A DNA stretch of 64,000 nt from Podarcis muralis (GCF_964188315.1 NC_135666.1:18414001-18478000); one strand, 5' to 3'; positions 11,204-24,368 are shown, numbered from the stretch's first letter. Numbers and translations: made by a program. Notes: generated by a model not told the origin, from the letters alone.

Positions 11204-12248
11204 GATATAAAAAGGGAGGGAAGGGGACAGAAGGCTTGGGAGGGTGGACCCCCTTCTAACACAGAAAAAGCTAATGTGAAGCCTTCCTGATGTTGCTGAA
11301 CTACAGCTCTCATCATTCCTGGCCACTGACCATTTTGGCTGATGCTGATGAGAATTGTAGTCTAACAACAGGGTATCCTGTTGGCTTACTCTGCTCCAAC
11401 AATACCCTTGCTAATCTACAAATAAATGCCATAATACACTTGTTCACATTTAAGATGCCACAAGATGCTGTGTTTTCTTTTGCAATAGACTAACAGCTCT
11501 CCCTCTGGGAGACAAAGGTTTCTGCTCCCCTTTAATAGATGGGTAGGAGAGGGAATTTCAGCAAGTGCAGATTTGTATCATACCTGCAGGATTAAGACAG
11601 GGCAAAATTCCCCTGCAATGCAACTGTTAAAATTCTGTCCACAGTTTCATCTGGCTGCCCTAGTGGTGGGTAATGGGGAGAAATAAATTGAGATGCTGAA
11701 GGAGTTGTGGGGCAGGTGGCTCTGCAGGGCTGGATAAAAGGAGACATGATTTGTTTCATTGCTATGAATAAGCACTTTCTACCCTACTCAGTGTGTCTAT
11801 CTGCCTGTCTCTTTTCCTTGTTCTAAAAACCAGGATCAAAGCAGGGAGACCATAACAATAAGCCCTTAAAACACATAGTAGGTGGGAGAAAGACTGATTG
11901 GGGAAGAAAGGTAAGGAGCTGAAGGGGAAATAGTTAAAGGTGATGCATCCACCCTAATAAAAAGAGATAAGGGTGACATTTTTGAGAGACCTGGTTAACG
12001 TTTTACAAAGTGAATGGGGGAAACACTGCAGGACAAATAACTGGGAAGAGGAGTTTGAATAAAACGATTGGAAAGTAGAGAGACATTATTCAAGGATAGG
12101 GTCACCATATCTACTGGAAAATTCTGGTAATGTCCGGCGGTGGGAGCTTAATTGGTGTCCAGGAGGAAATTTCAATTTAATAGTAAATGTCTGCGCTGTG
12201 AGGTCGCTTTCTTGTTGCTGTGCAGAGATGATTTTGCATGTATGTAAG

Positions 12249-12597
12249 AGATGCGGGTGGCGCTGTGGTGTAAACGGAGCCTTGGGCTTGCCAATCGGAA
12301 GGTTGGCGGTTTGAATCCCCGTGATGGGGTGAGCTCCTATTGCTTGGTCCCAGCTCCTGCCCACCTAGCAGTTCGAAAGCATGTCAAAGTGCCAGTAGAT
12401 AAATAGGTGCGGGAAGGTAAACGGCGTTTCTGTGCGCTGCTCTGGTTTTGCCAGAAGCGGCTTAGTCATGCTGGCCATATGACCTGGAAAAACTGTCTGT
12501 GGACAAACATCGGCTCCCTTGGCCAGTAAAGCGAGATGAGCGCCGCAACCCCAGAGTCATTCGCGACTGGACTTAACTGCCATGGGTCCTTTACCTA
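12249..12597 (+). mobile_element. Sauria SINE, older subfamily
   Basis: gatgcgggtggcgctgtgg head, cctagcagttcgaaagca, ggaaggtaaacggcgttt and a cctttacct tail; diverged, no clear TSD. Confidence 0.88.
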
Positions 12598-12768
12598 AGT
12601 CAACCTTGCCCTTTAATTCAGCAACAAGCCTAATGTGGGTTGTTGGGTTAATGTACCTAAAAATGATTGTGTTATGGTTTAGTGTAGGTTCATGTAGATA
12701 AGACACACTTTTTTTATTTCTGACTCTAATCTGTGCATTTCAATTGTGTGTTGAATTGCATGGCCATC

Positions 12769-12850
12769 CTGAGTCACTGTATTGATATAGTAATGAAACA
12801 CATGTGGACTGAGTCACTGTATTGATATAGTAATGAAACACATGTGGACT
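12769..12850. repeat. Perfect 40-bp tandem duplication
   Basis: CTGAGTCACTGTATTGATATAGTAATGAAACACATGTGGA at 12769-12808 and again at 12809-12848. Confidence 0.98.
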
Positions 12851-13237
12851 CTGTGGATCCACTGACAATAGCTTTCCTGCCAAGGATATTCAGGCCTTTT
12901 CATATGTTAGTGGTGCACAATCATATGATTCAAAAACAGCTGCTATTTCTCCCATTTGTGGAGTGTTATAATAACCCCCCCAAGGTTCTTATAAAACCAT
13001 ACAGAATACACTTTGCGCTTTCCTTTTTCTCCTGGTATATGTATATCTTGCGTATGGATATGTTTATTGGATGGTAGTTTAATTCCCCACCCCAAATCTC
13101 TTCATTCAGCACCACTATATTCATTTCCAGTATTCAAATCAATATGCTCCATGTTCAGTTTTAAAAATTGTCTCTCAGAAAAGAAAGTGTGCTTTAATAC
13201 AGAGGATTCTTATAAGTTGAGCACAATCCTATAGATG

Positions 13238-13376
13238 GGGAGTGGGGAACATTTGGTCCTGCAGATGTTCCTGAACTTCAGTTCGCATCAGACCCAGCAG
13301 GTATGACCAATGGTCAGGGATGATGGGAATTGTAATTCAGCAACATCTGGAGGGCCAAAGATTCCCCACATCTGTT
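13238..13376. mobile_element. hAT-type MITE
   Basis: gtggggaacatttgg ... ccaaagattccccacatctg termini; family hairpin core. Confidence 0.7.
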
Positions 13377-13420
13377 GTAGGTGGATTCAAAGTCCCATTG
13401 AATTCAGAAGCCCTAGCACA

Positions 13421-13539
13421 GGCCCTCCAGATGTTTTGGGACTACAATTCTCATCATCCCTGACCACTGGTCCTGTTAGCTAGGGATGATGGGAGTTGTA
13501 GTCCCAAAACATCTGGAGGGCCGAGTTTGGGGATGCCTG
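13421..13539. mobile_element. hAT MITE of the same family as 10951, one end lost
   Basis: ggccctccagatgttttgggactac...gtagtcccaaaacatctggagggcc palindrome followed by gagtttggggatgcctg. Confidence 0.8.
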
Positions 13540-13700
13540 CTCTAGCACTTAGGCAGCTGGATATAGGATTGAAACCCTTGTATGAACAAAAACTTGGCCA
13601 CACTACTAAACAGAAAGCGCCATATCTATTGTGACTGCATTAAATTATGCAAGTATCATCACTTTCCTCAAATCTGAAAATTTTGCCTGAACAATATCTA

Positions 13701-14061
13701 GGTAAAAGGTAAAGGTACCCCTGCCCGTACGGGCCAGTCTTGCCAGACTCTAGGGTTGTGCGCTCATCTCACTCTATAGGCCGGGAGCCAGCGCTGTCCG
13801 CAGACACTTCCGGGTCACGTGGCCAGCGTGACAAGCTGCATCTGGCGAGCCAGCGCAGCACACGGAACGCCGTTTACCTTCCCGCTGGTAAGCGGTCCCT
13901 ATTTATCTACTTGCACCCGGGGGTGCTTTCGAACTGCTAGGTTGGCAGGCGCTGGGACCGAACGACGGGAGCGCACCCCGCCGCGGGGATTCGAACCGCC
14001 GACCTTTTGATCGGCAAGTCCTAGGCGCTGAGGCTTTAACCCACAGCGCCACCTGCGTCCC
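13701..14061 (-). mobile_element. Young full-length Sauria SINE
   Basis: Reverse complement of gggacgcaggtggcgctgtggg...acctttacc; 12-bp TSD GAACAATATCTA at 13689-13700 and 14062-14073. Confidence 0.97.
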
Positions 14062-17000
14062 GAACAATATCTACACCTATGAAATTTCCAGTATAAGAAT
14101 GGCTCATGTGAGGGGTTTTTTGGTTTCTCAGTTCTGTTCAGCATACATATCTATTCAGCATTTGAAAAAAACTTTAACATAGAACCATGTTTCCCTGTTT
14201 AGCTGTTAATATCAATTTACACTTACATGCCTCGGGCATTACTTCTCTTTGTTATTGACATTTTCCTGTTTTCAAATACACATGCCTTCTCGATATCAGT
14301 CATATGAACCTCCTCAACACACCTCTAAATCTGTTGTCCTTCTCTGGCTTCATTGTCTGTGTGAAAGTGTGGAATTTACATCCCCACCTAATTTTGTGTA
14401 TTTTAGACTACACCCCCCAAGCCCATAAGTTTCTATTTCTTGACAACTTTGACATCCTTTTTTAGACTGTTATTATTTTTTGGTGTTTTAACCGGAAGTG
14501 TATTTTAAGTTGTTGCCAGCCTCCATCACTGTCTTTGCCCTCTGTTTCCTGCTCCATTTCGTTGGTTACAATCCCAATCTTGCTTATACTTTTTTTGGAT
14601 TGTGTGAGGTTAAAACTCGTAATAATGATAAACCATAGTTTACTGTTGCATAGCTAGTTGGGGCTGATGGGACTTGTAGAGCACCAGTATGGTGAAGGCT
14701 GGTACAGAAAATAGTAAGCTTAGAGGGGCCAATAGTCTGACTTGTCTAAGGCAGCTTCCTATGTACTTGTTACAATTGTGGAGGTCTTTTGCTGTGCTTA
14801 TTCAGTTCAGTAGTTTGACTTATCTCAGTCTTATTTAGGAGACCATCCTAGTGGGTTGTGCCTTCAGACTTAAAATAATATGTAAGTGACTTTACAAAGC
14901 AAAACAGTTTTACCTATGTAGATCTCTTTGAAAAATCCATATAAACAGATGTTATGATGTCATGACACAATGCTAAGTGTTACCACATGCTGCAGAAAGA
15001 AAGGATCAGTTTGGCAAATGAGTGCTGCTTTTGAGGACAGCATCGTGCTTTCTGTAGCATGTACTTCTTCCCGTAGTTTTTTAGAGAAGTGCTGTGATAT
15101 TGTCTGTTTATCATTGTCAAGCCGCACGAAACCTGTAGAGAAAGAAAAAACACATTGTTGAAGGCTTAGAGAAAAAAGAAGCACAAAAGATTTGATACTT
15201 TCCTTCCATTAAGCTACGCTTGAAATTTCTGAGACTCTGAACAAAGTAAATAATTTGAGCAGTTCCCTTTTTATTTTCTCTTTCCAATAATGAAAATGCA
15301 GAATGGAGCAAAGCAGGATTCATTTAATGAAAAACAAAATGTCTCTGGGAAAAAAAATCAGACCAAAAGTCCATCTACTCCAGCTTTTCATGTCCAATAA
15401 TGACCAGCCAGATGTTTCTGAGCTTTCACAAATAGGATGTGAAAGTGTTTGGTGTTTTTCTTTTTGATTTTACCTGGTATCTGGTCTTCTGAGGTACACT
15501 TTCTTTGGAAGTTCATTTAACTAGGCTCTACATACTGTTGCTGTTCACTGTGATGAAGAGTGGCCTCTAGATGAAGGAGCTGAGCAGTGGTATTTTATGT
15601 GTCACATTACCCATCTGATACAAAGTACCATCACCTCCCCTCCCCTTACTTCCCATTGTCATTTTGTGCTGACATTCATGGCACTTTTATCAACATATGT
15701 GCACTTACTCATATTTTTACCAAAACGAAAACAAAAAACACCACCGGAGCCGAGCCAATTAATTAAATACTGACAAAGAAGAATTTCAACACTTGATCAC
15801 AGAGCGGGTGTTAAGCCTCGTGACACAATAAGTGTACTGAGCATTTCTAGTGCAAACAACTTCATGTGCTAGAGAAATACATGTTTTTGCTTGTTCAACA
15901 CATTTTATTATTTATTTTTTTAAAAATATATTTTTATTGAACAATTTTAGCAAACAAAGTATCAATCAACATAACCATTTACATGGTACTTTAAAGGCGA
16001 GCAAGTTTATTAGGACATAAGCAATCATGAATATGATAGAGATAAAGGCACTGGTGCATAGAGGGGCACTCTCTATGTTATGAAGTTATTATTACTTCAC
16101 AGAAACTTTTTCTGCCAGGATGCAGCCGCTTGCTTGTATGAACAAAGGTTCCAGAAAGCGATCTCTTGGGTCTCTATATGAGGTGCAGGCTATCAGTTAA
16201 TGAGTGATATTTTCACCTGAAGTTGACCAAAAATGCAAAGTCTGTTTTCATACGGGACCTTGTTGCAGCAGCCACCCAAGACTCATCATTTGGAAACACA
16301 GCTCAATAAAGGCAAACTGGTGAGGGTTTGGTCAATAACTAGCTCCAAAATGCTCAGTTCTCAGGAGTGGGATGCCAAGGAGGGGGGGGAATTGTGTTTC
16401 TAATTACCGTAGTTTCAAGTCCCTTCTGTATTCCATCCAGAAGAGTCAATCACTTAGTTGACGCTTACTCAAGGACAATGTGGAGCTCAGTTCTGGAGAA
16501 TAATAATAGCATATTGAGAGTCTGCTTTCCAGAGTTGGTTATCACCCTGTTCTGTACAGAACAGCACAGGAAAACACTCAGGTGGGTTATTAATTAATTT
16601 ATTAATTAAATTTGTATACTGCTCTTCATCCCAAGATCCCAGGACAGAGAAATGCAAAACGAGAAGTAGCAGTTCTTTTAATATACTTTAACTGAACACA
16701 GTATGCTCTTGCTTTAATTGTTGGCCAAGATAAAGGTGAAAAGACCAGTTAATGGTCACTTCACTGGAGACCCATTAGACATGTGACTGCATGTGCAAAG
16801 CTTTTTGTGCTGCCTGGGGAGAAGAAAAATGAATTGGACCAATTTTTCAAAGCTGTTGTCCTGCAGTTTCTTGGAGCCCTAATTAAATATTGTTTGTATG
16901 GATTGTGCAGACTGTGAGTGAGTTCCCACCCCCCGTTGAAATAAAGTTCTTTATATGGATGGTAATACAAAGAGTCTGGTCATATCAACTTGAACCAGAG

Positions 17001-18435
17001 GGAGAGAAAAACATCTCTGTATGGAGATGCTCATTGATAAACTGGACTGTGTAGCCTAATTTTCAGTCTCGCTGGTGCTCTGTTGCATCCCACTTTGTGT
17101 GCAGATTTGTTTTCTTAAGAATGCATGAAGAGTCTGCATGTCAATTGTATACATTTTGTGTGTGCTTTTTATGAAAAATGAATACTTACCAATGCATCCA
17201 TTGGTTGCATACTTGTGCTCCAGTCTACAAGCATAGGATTGCACTGGTTTACTGTTAAAGGTGGACCTAATGAATTCATTCTCCATCTCTATAGAAAACA
17301 CGCGGAATCTGCAAGCTGCACATTCCTAGTCTTGTGCTACTGCAGGAGGAGGGACAGGAAAGGCTGGCCAGTTGCAGAATGAAGTACCATTTTCACTGCT
17401 GTCTCCAGGGCGAAAGTTAGACTGGTGGAGATCTATAGCTGTGGTGCTTGTAGTTTCAGGCTGGCTAGTTCTTAACAGCTTGCCCAGAAGTGGGAAATTC
17501 CATGATACCATACCTGATCTGAATTGAACTATGTGTTATTGCAGTTGCTTTTCTTTTTTAATATGACAGGAGTAGCCAGGGTATTGCCCTCTATGTTGGA
17601 TATTGTCAGATGATAACTCATTATCCCTGGCCATTGGCCATGCTAGCTATGGCTATTTGGAGTTGGGAGTCCAATAAGATCCGGAGGGCACCATGTTTGC
17701 TACCCCTGTAATACAACCATGGACTTGTCTGCCTTTCATTTATTATCCCAGCCAGGATAAGCCTTGTTCCAGTTACTGTAAAATGTTTGGAAATGCAACA
17801 CTGTGAGCTTTTGAAACACAGCACCAAAAATACTGTTGCTTGCCATTTTAAGTTTCCCACTGAAGCCTTTTCTCCGAACCTGTTGCCCTGATGGATGCAG
17901 TGAAGCTGCTTGCTTTAGTGTTTGGAAAAGGCAACACAAGTGGCCTTTGCAAGCAGAAAAATCTGGTAAATACCCTTCAGCAACATGATAGTCATTGTCT
18001 GTGTTGTGTCTCCTTTGTCATCTTAAGAAGCCTTCTTAAGGCTACTTTGCATTCAAGATGATTTTCTGTGCTTTGGGGAAAGGCTTTGTGTATAGTAAAT
18101 TAAGGAAGGATATGCAGTTGGAAGCAAGGCTTGTAGTGATCAAAGGGTCTGGTTCACTACTATATTTTGGAATTTCTTATAATGCTTTTCCTTTGATATC
18201 ATTTCAAGGCTCATTTTTGGAGCTGGTACCCACAACTCTTGGCCATTAATCATTGAACAAGCATATAAGATTGTGCATGGTGTGGAGAAAGTGTATAAAG
18301 AAAGGCTTCTATTTCTCTCTCCCATAATGCTAATACTCAGGGCATCCAGTGAAGCTGAATGTTGGAAGATTCAAGGTGGACAAAAGAAAGTAGCTTTTCA
18401 CACAACACATAGGTAAACACTCCCACAAGATATCA

Positions 18436-18732
18436 TGATATCATGATGGCCACCAACATGGAAGGCTTTAAAAGAGCATTGGACAATTTTGTGAAGGATA
18501 AGACTTAGTATAGCTACCAGGCACAGAGCCTATGTTCTACCTCCATTGTCAGAAGCAGTAAGCCTCTGAATACCAGTTGCTTGGAGACACGGGGGGGGGG
18601 GGGGGAGAGTGGTAGTGTGCTCAGGTTGTACTTTCAGGCTTCCCATGGGCATCTGGTTGGTCATTGTGTGAATCACATGCTGGACTAGGTGGGCCTTTGA
18701 TCTGATCCAGCAAGGCCTTTCTTTATGTACAT
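18436..18732 (+). mobile_element. CR1 LINE 3' end
   Basis: gatggccacc...ctgaataccagttgc...gctggactag...ctgatccagcaaggcc...ctttatgt; matches the copies at 44095 and 60957. Confidence 0.8.
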
Positions 18733-19444
18733 TCAACCATCTAGGGACTCATTACTCATGCAGTGTTGCATCTTTGCTTCCCACCAATGCCCTATTCTGT
18801 CCCCCACACCGTTTATTGGGAAACACCACGGGTTGTATCTCTTAATCTGGAAAGATATTTTCACCCTATAATGGTTGAGTCCCCTCACCCATGATCCAGT
18901 TTTTCAAAGAGTTATCTCTACTTCAATTTGTTTCTCACTTTGACAGGCTGCTGCACTCCAGTTTGCTTCAGCTCTTATCACTCTGGTTTTCTTTTCCTTC
19001 CCCAGTTTCTGCCTCCCAAGTAAATAAGACCTAAATGAAAATTATCTCATTTGAAAGTTAAGCTCGTTCAAGAATGCTGTTCCTGCTTTCCTTTTGTTCT
19101 GCGGCCTCCTTTTATTTCCTTTTTCCATTGTGCTTTAAGTGTGCATTCTTAATCTTAAATGGTTTCACAGGTAATCTCAGTAGATTTTGTCAAAAGTCCC
19201 CATTGGCTTGAAGAGGACAGACTGAGGGCTAGGACACATTACATGGTTGCTGCATTGCAGCAGCTCTCAATTACTTTCCTGTGCCAGCAGTCTCTACACA
19301 AGAGGCTAGTAACAGTTCTGCACCCAAACCATGTGACACACCAAACCATGAGCTGCCTATCAGCCAAGGCTCTAGCTGTCTACTAGAAATGGGGATGCCA
19401 AGTTCCTGGCAGGCTATGTTACATGCATACATTTGTCTTGGTGG

Positions 19445-19585
19445 ACCACCTGTGAAGTAGGTAGGTTAGGCTGAGACAGCATGACTGACTCAAGGTCACC
19501 CAGTAAACTTCATGGCTGAGTCGGGATTTGAATCCTAGTCTCCCAGGTCATGGACCAACACTCTAACCACTACACCACGCTGACA
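19445..19585 (-). mobile_element. CORE/MIR-like SINE fragment
   Basis: ggtaggttaggctgag...caaggtcacccag...ctctaaccactacaccacgctg. Confidence 0.75.
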
Positions 19586-21094
19586 CTGTTCTCCTAAATA
19601 TGACTTTGATGAAACGTTGCACACATCTCTGCAATTAATTGTTAACAATACATGCACCATATTCTTTTGCCTATTAGTCTTCCTTAAAAAAAGAAAATAG
19701 CTGCGTATGTCTGACACAAGAAAAAAATATGTACCTTTGTTAAATATATTATTTTGGACATTTAGGCATCATCCCACTAAATCTCACAACCAACTCTACT
19801 ATCAATTTTCTGCCCACCTGCTTGATTATTTTAAGATAATTGTATGCCACCATGTTGAATAAAAAATTGTCCATGGTGGCTTCAAAATTAAAATAAGAGT
19901 AGATAAACTGCAACAGTATAAAATAGCACCCCCAACCAAAATTAAATAACAAGATCGGTAAGACATATAGAATATAATCAGCAATAGCAGATCCCTACAG
20001 CTGAACATCACTGTCAAGCATCATTGACTACAACCAGCTGAGCCTCTGTTAGGATGATAACAAGTGGTAAATACTCGATGCCTCATGGAAAACACCTTTT
20101 AGCATTTGATTTGTCTTTACATTGTTACAAGCTGCAGTCTAGACAGTTTGAGCATTCCGGCCTGATGTATATTTAACAGCCTTATTCCTCCAAAGTGTCT
20201 TGTAAATGCAAAGGTTTTCTGTAAATAGTGTTGTGCCATTCTTTCCACAGCTCATATGTTCCTTAATTGGGATCTGAATCCATTGTCTCCTCTGCCTTGG
20301 GGCGGTGATCAACGCTTTATGCTTTGAAGTGCAACTTGCTTCTTTAATTTCAAGCAATACTTGCTTTTGCATCAATGTGCTAGCACATTATTTCTCATTT
20401 TTAAGAAGACTTCTTGCTCTAAAGACCTTACATCAGTCAGGAGCTTTTTCACCCCACTTTGTCAGATGTCACATGTCACATTAATGCAGGAGTCCTCAAA
20501 GTGCACCTGCAGAGGCCCTTCCTGGTGCCCATACATAGCACTCTCCCCATCAAGCTTGAAAGAGCAAGTCTATTGTAGCCAATAGAACAGGTGGCACGTG
20601 CTTGGTTGTGGATGGCCACAACAGGTTGGTTTTTCCCCAGTGTGCAAATGTGCCAGAGAGCCCCAAAAGTTGTCATTAAGGCTGCAATTCTGTGTACAAC
20701 CAAGGGAACAAATCCTCTTAACCAATTATTACACACTTCTGAGTAAATAACCATAGGATTGGGCCACATGAGGTTTTTTGCTTAGGTGTGTGTGCCTCAC
20801 ATTTATGATATCTAGCTTTTTATGATGTTGGGTTTGGTTTGTTTGTTTGTTTGTTTTTGCAATATCTAAGCATTTCTTTTCCCCTAAAGGATGCATAAAT
20901 GTTTTACTGAAATTGTATCCCTTTACATTTTACTTTTCTAATGCAATGCAATAAAATTATTGCATTCTTTGGATAAACAGTAGCAAGGGGTTTGAAATAA
21001 ACCTTGAATTTTGACTGCGTGTGTAGTAGTAGCTTATCTCTAATTGTACCCATAAAAAATCTTGCCAAGTCAGATGGTACTAAGTAAGGGAGGG

Positions 21095-21097
<3 letters not shown>

Positions 21098-21179
<82 letters not shown>
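21098..21179. repeat. Compound microsatellite (GT)n(GA)n
   Basis: Read directly from the sequence. Confidence 0.97.
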
Positions 21180-21182
<3 letters not shown>

Positions 21183-22719
21183 ATGATTATTCTGAAAGAT
21201 GGTCAATAAAGGCAGCTTTGCACCTCAATTAGTGTATCGACCAGCAAGCCATTTAAGGGCTAAAACACTGGACAAACCCTTTCCCCTCTCTCATTTTCCC
21301 CTCAGCACTTCCAAGGCATGTGATTCTGCAGTTTTCCTTTTCATTTCCTCCTCTGAAGACCTGCCTTTTTACAGTCTGGTTCAAGACTCCCTGGTGTGTG
21401 TTAACATTCAGATAGGATAACACCTTGCAGGGTGAGATGCTGCTGAGTTTGCAGCCTTGAAAGAGATTTGGCTCTTTCAGTACCTAGGAAAAGTTGGAAG
21501 GTTTACCTATAGAGAACAACTTGCTCTCTTGGGCTATATAGAGTGCTCCCCTATGGGTGGGCCATGGTTAGCAAGGTGATACAGGAAGGACTCTGCCCAT
21601 GTGGAACTTGTTTTAGGTTGATCGGTAGATCTTTTGAGCCTTTGGGGCACAGACTGCCTTATATTCTGTCTGCACAGCCTCCTAAGTAATGCAAATAATT
21701 ACAATAATTAAATGCTAATGTGCACTGGTGTCTTTTGATCCTTTAGTTTTTCAGTTGCCAAAGAAAAGGCTTCGATCTTGTTCAGGCTTATGCTTAGCTT
21801 AGTTGCAAAATATGAATATAGTTATCTCGTTCTCTCTTGGATCCTGATTTCAGCCAGTGCTGATATGTGTAGAGCCCCATTTTAAAGTCATTGTGGGCCC
21901 TGCTGCAGAACTGGATTGGCACAAGTCAAGAGCCTACTGGGGAACTGAACTGCAGATCCCAAGTCGAGAAGCTGTAAGGAGCTGTGAACACATAGGGAAG
22001 GATGGACGGAATATTGTGGTATGTGTGCTAATGGAATCAAATTGTTAGCCTGGTTGATGCAGGATTCAATATGGGGATCAGAAACTTGCAATCTCAGGAA
22101 ATTTCTAGGTCCCCCAAAGTACCATTTTTTAAATAACCTCCCCCCTCAAATGATGAAATGTCACTTTTCTGTTCTTGAGATTGCACGCCATGTTTATCAG
22201 CTGATCAACATATTAGCCATCAAGCAACACGGGACTGTCTTATCTACATGCACTTCTATGCTAGCAAATGAGGGAGGTGGCATAATTACATGCTGCTTGT
22301 TGTGCCCAGGTACGGTGGCAGATGTTCAAAATAGGGAAGGCCTGATCTCTGTGCAGAAATGACTAAGTTATGCCCTGCATGACTTAGCTGTAGTTTGATA
22401 GTTGTGCAGGCATGACTATTTATGACATGTTAAATCCATGATGTAGAAAACCACACCTTGATGGTTGGGATTTTGCTTCCCAAATGACAAAATCCATCAT
22501 TTTTTCTCAAGTTGGATGCCAGTTCCTCATTCTAACTCCACTACTGTTTTTAGGAGTCCCCTAGACTCATTATATGTGTGAGTTAAATAGAAATGGAATA
22601 CCATTTATCCCTTCAATTTATTATGACTAAAGCTATTCCAAACAGCTTTTGATTCTCTCCACGTGTGTGGCAGTATTAAGGACCCCGAATGCTAAATTTT
22701 GAAGATTTCTAAAGTGGGC

Positions 22720-22960
22720 CCAGTTGATGTCATCACAAAGGCCCGGGGAATTCCAAAAGGAATGTCAGTTTCTTTTCTGAAAGAACCCAGAGGGTGCCTC
22801 TTGTTAGGTGCCGGCATCCTCCTCTTGTATGAAAGCCAGCTGTGTTTCACTTGCTGTCCTAACAGCTGCTCAGGCTTCCAGTCTCTATGTGGCTTCTATT
22901 GGAGAAGGGGGCGGGTGGGGAGAGGCAAGCTACTGCTGCTGAGAAGCGCTTGTCCCTCTC
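22720..22960. promoter_or_regulatory. Candidate non-CpG-island promoter/enhancer with NF-kB, ATF/CRE-like, CCAAT and GC-box motifs
   Basis: TGATGTCA 22725-22732, GGGGAATTCC 22745-22754, ATTGG 22898-22902 and GGGGGCGGGTGGGG 22907-22920, all in repeat-free sequence. Confidence 0.4.
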
Positions 22961-23426
22961 CACTGTTGCAATGAAAGCTCATTTTTTAAAGGAGAGCAAT
23001 TCCTTGTTTGGTTTTTGGCACTAAAGACAGCGTTTCATAGTACTCTTGAGATGCCAGTTGATGACACTGAATCTGTGAACCGACGCTTGCAATCTGCTTG
23101 TGTGGCATTACTTCTGCCTGTGCTAGCTGATATGTTTACTTGGGAACTATTCACTGCTTCTTAGGCACCAACAATCTCAGTTGTGACTTCCAGTTGTGTG
23201 TGGTGAATAACTCTTCTAAATAAGAATAACTGAAACGGGCTGCTTATTGTTTATATCTGAGCTCTTTGTTGCTTGGTTTATGATCAAACAACTTGCAGCC
23301 TGTCATCTTTAAATGCTAATTAGCTGCTTGTGGCATACTGTTTTATGTAGCAGCCCCCACTCCTGCAAACATACTGCCCTTCATATGTTTTGGACTGCAT
23401 GCTGCCGTCTTATGCAAGCATGAAAA

Positions 23427-23571
23427 GCTGGGATAGCTCAGTCAGTAAAGCATAAGACTCTCAATCTCAGGGTCATGGGTTCAAGCCCCACATTGTGCAA
23501 CGATTCCTGCATTGCAGGGGTTTGACTACATGATCCTCATGGTCCCTTCCAACTCTACAATTATATGATTA
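23427..23571 (+). mobile_element. tRNA-Lys(CTT)-headed SINE with CR1-type tail
   Basis: 23427-23499 aligns to vertebrate tRNA-Lys-CTT (as I recall it) at about 61/73 positions; the anticodon is mutated and CpGs have decayed. It is followed by gattcctgcattgcagggg...cccttccaactctacaatt. Confidence 0.88.
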
Positions 23572-23683
23572 CAATTCCCATCAGCTTCAGCTAGCATGGC
23601 TGTGTTGTCCAAAACACATGGAGAGCACCAAATTGGAGAAGGGTTGACTGAAGCCTGCTTTTATAGGATCATAGAATTGTAAA

Positions 23684-24044
23684 GGGATGCGGGTGGCACT
23701 GTGGGTAAAATCTCAGCACCTAGGACTTGCCGATCGTCAGGTCAGCGGTTTGAATCCCCGCGGCGGGGTGTGCTCCCGTTGCTCGGTCCCAGCGCCTGCC
23801 AACCTAGCAGTTCGAAAGCACGTCAAAGTGCAAGTAGATAAATAGGGACCGCCTACTAGCAGGAAGGTAAACGGCGTTTCCGTGTGCTGCGCTGGCTCAC
23901 CAGATGCAGCTTGTCACGCTGGCCACGTGACCCGGAAGTGTTTTCGGACAGCGTTGGCCCCCGGCCTCTTAAGTGAGATGGACGCACAACCCTAGAGTCG
24001 GACACGACTGGCCCGTACGGGCAGGGGTACCTTTACCTTTACCT
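23684..24044 (+). mobile_element. Young full-length Sauria SINE
   Basis: gggatgcgggtggc head and (ACCTTT)n tail; TSD TAGAATTGTAAA at 23672-23683 and 24045-24056. Confidence 0.97.
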
Positions 24045-24071
24045 TAGAATTGTAAAGTTGGAAGGGACTCT

Positions 24072-24076
<5 letters not shown>

Positions 24077-24137
<61 letters not shown>

Positions 24138-24368
24138 TGTGTGTATGTATATATATATATGTTTCTACACATGTTTTCCAAACATAACATCCCATTTTAA
24201 ACAACATAATAAACCTAGGGCTTCCATCAACATTGACTGATGGTTTTCTAACTTCCTTTCTAATTTTGCATTTTATTTTTATAGTTATTGCTATTAAATC
24301 CAAATCCTAAATAAACTCCTCCTTAGTCTTCTAAGGAGAACTATATGAATTATTGTGAAAAAGGACTA
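24077..24368 (-). mobile_element. 5'-truncated retroposed insertion (probably an L1 3' UTR) whose tail region is now (CT)n(GT)n(AT)n
   Basis: Flanked by a perfect 17-bp direct repeat GGAAGGGACTCTAGTCT at 24060-24076 and 24369-24385. AT-rich body; the L1 assignment is inference. Confidence 0.6.

Noticed and set aside
11078-11368. Poly-F, poly-I and poly-S ORFs
   Set aside because: Translations of the (GAT)n(GAA)n microsatellite.
15549-15585. C/D-box snoRNA (GTGATGA...CTGA)
   Set aside because: The boxes are only ~30 nt apart and there is no terminal stem.
23305-23330. miR-155-like seed (ttaaatgctaatt)
   Set aside because: It does not match the mature miR-155 beyond a few bases and has no pre-miRNA hairpin; no known miRNA was recognised in the window.
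23427-23499. tRNA-Lys gene
   Set aside because: The anticodon and acceptor stem are mutated, there is no oligo-T terminator, and it is fused to a CR1-type tail, so it is a SINE head.
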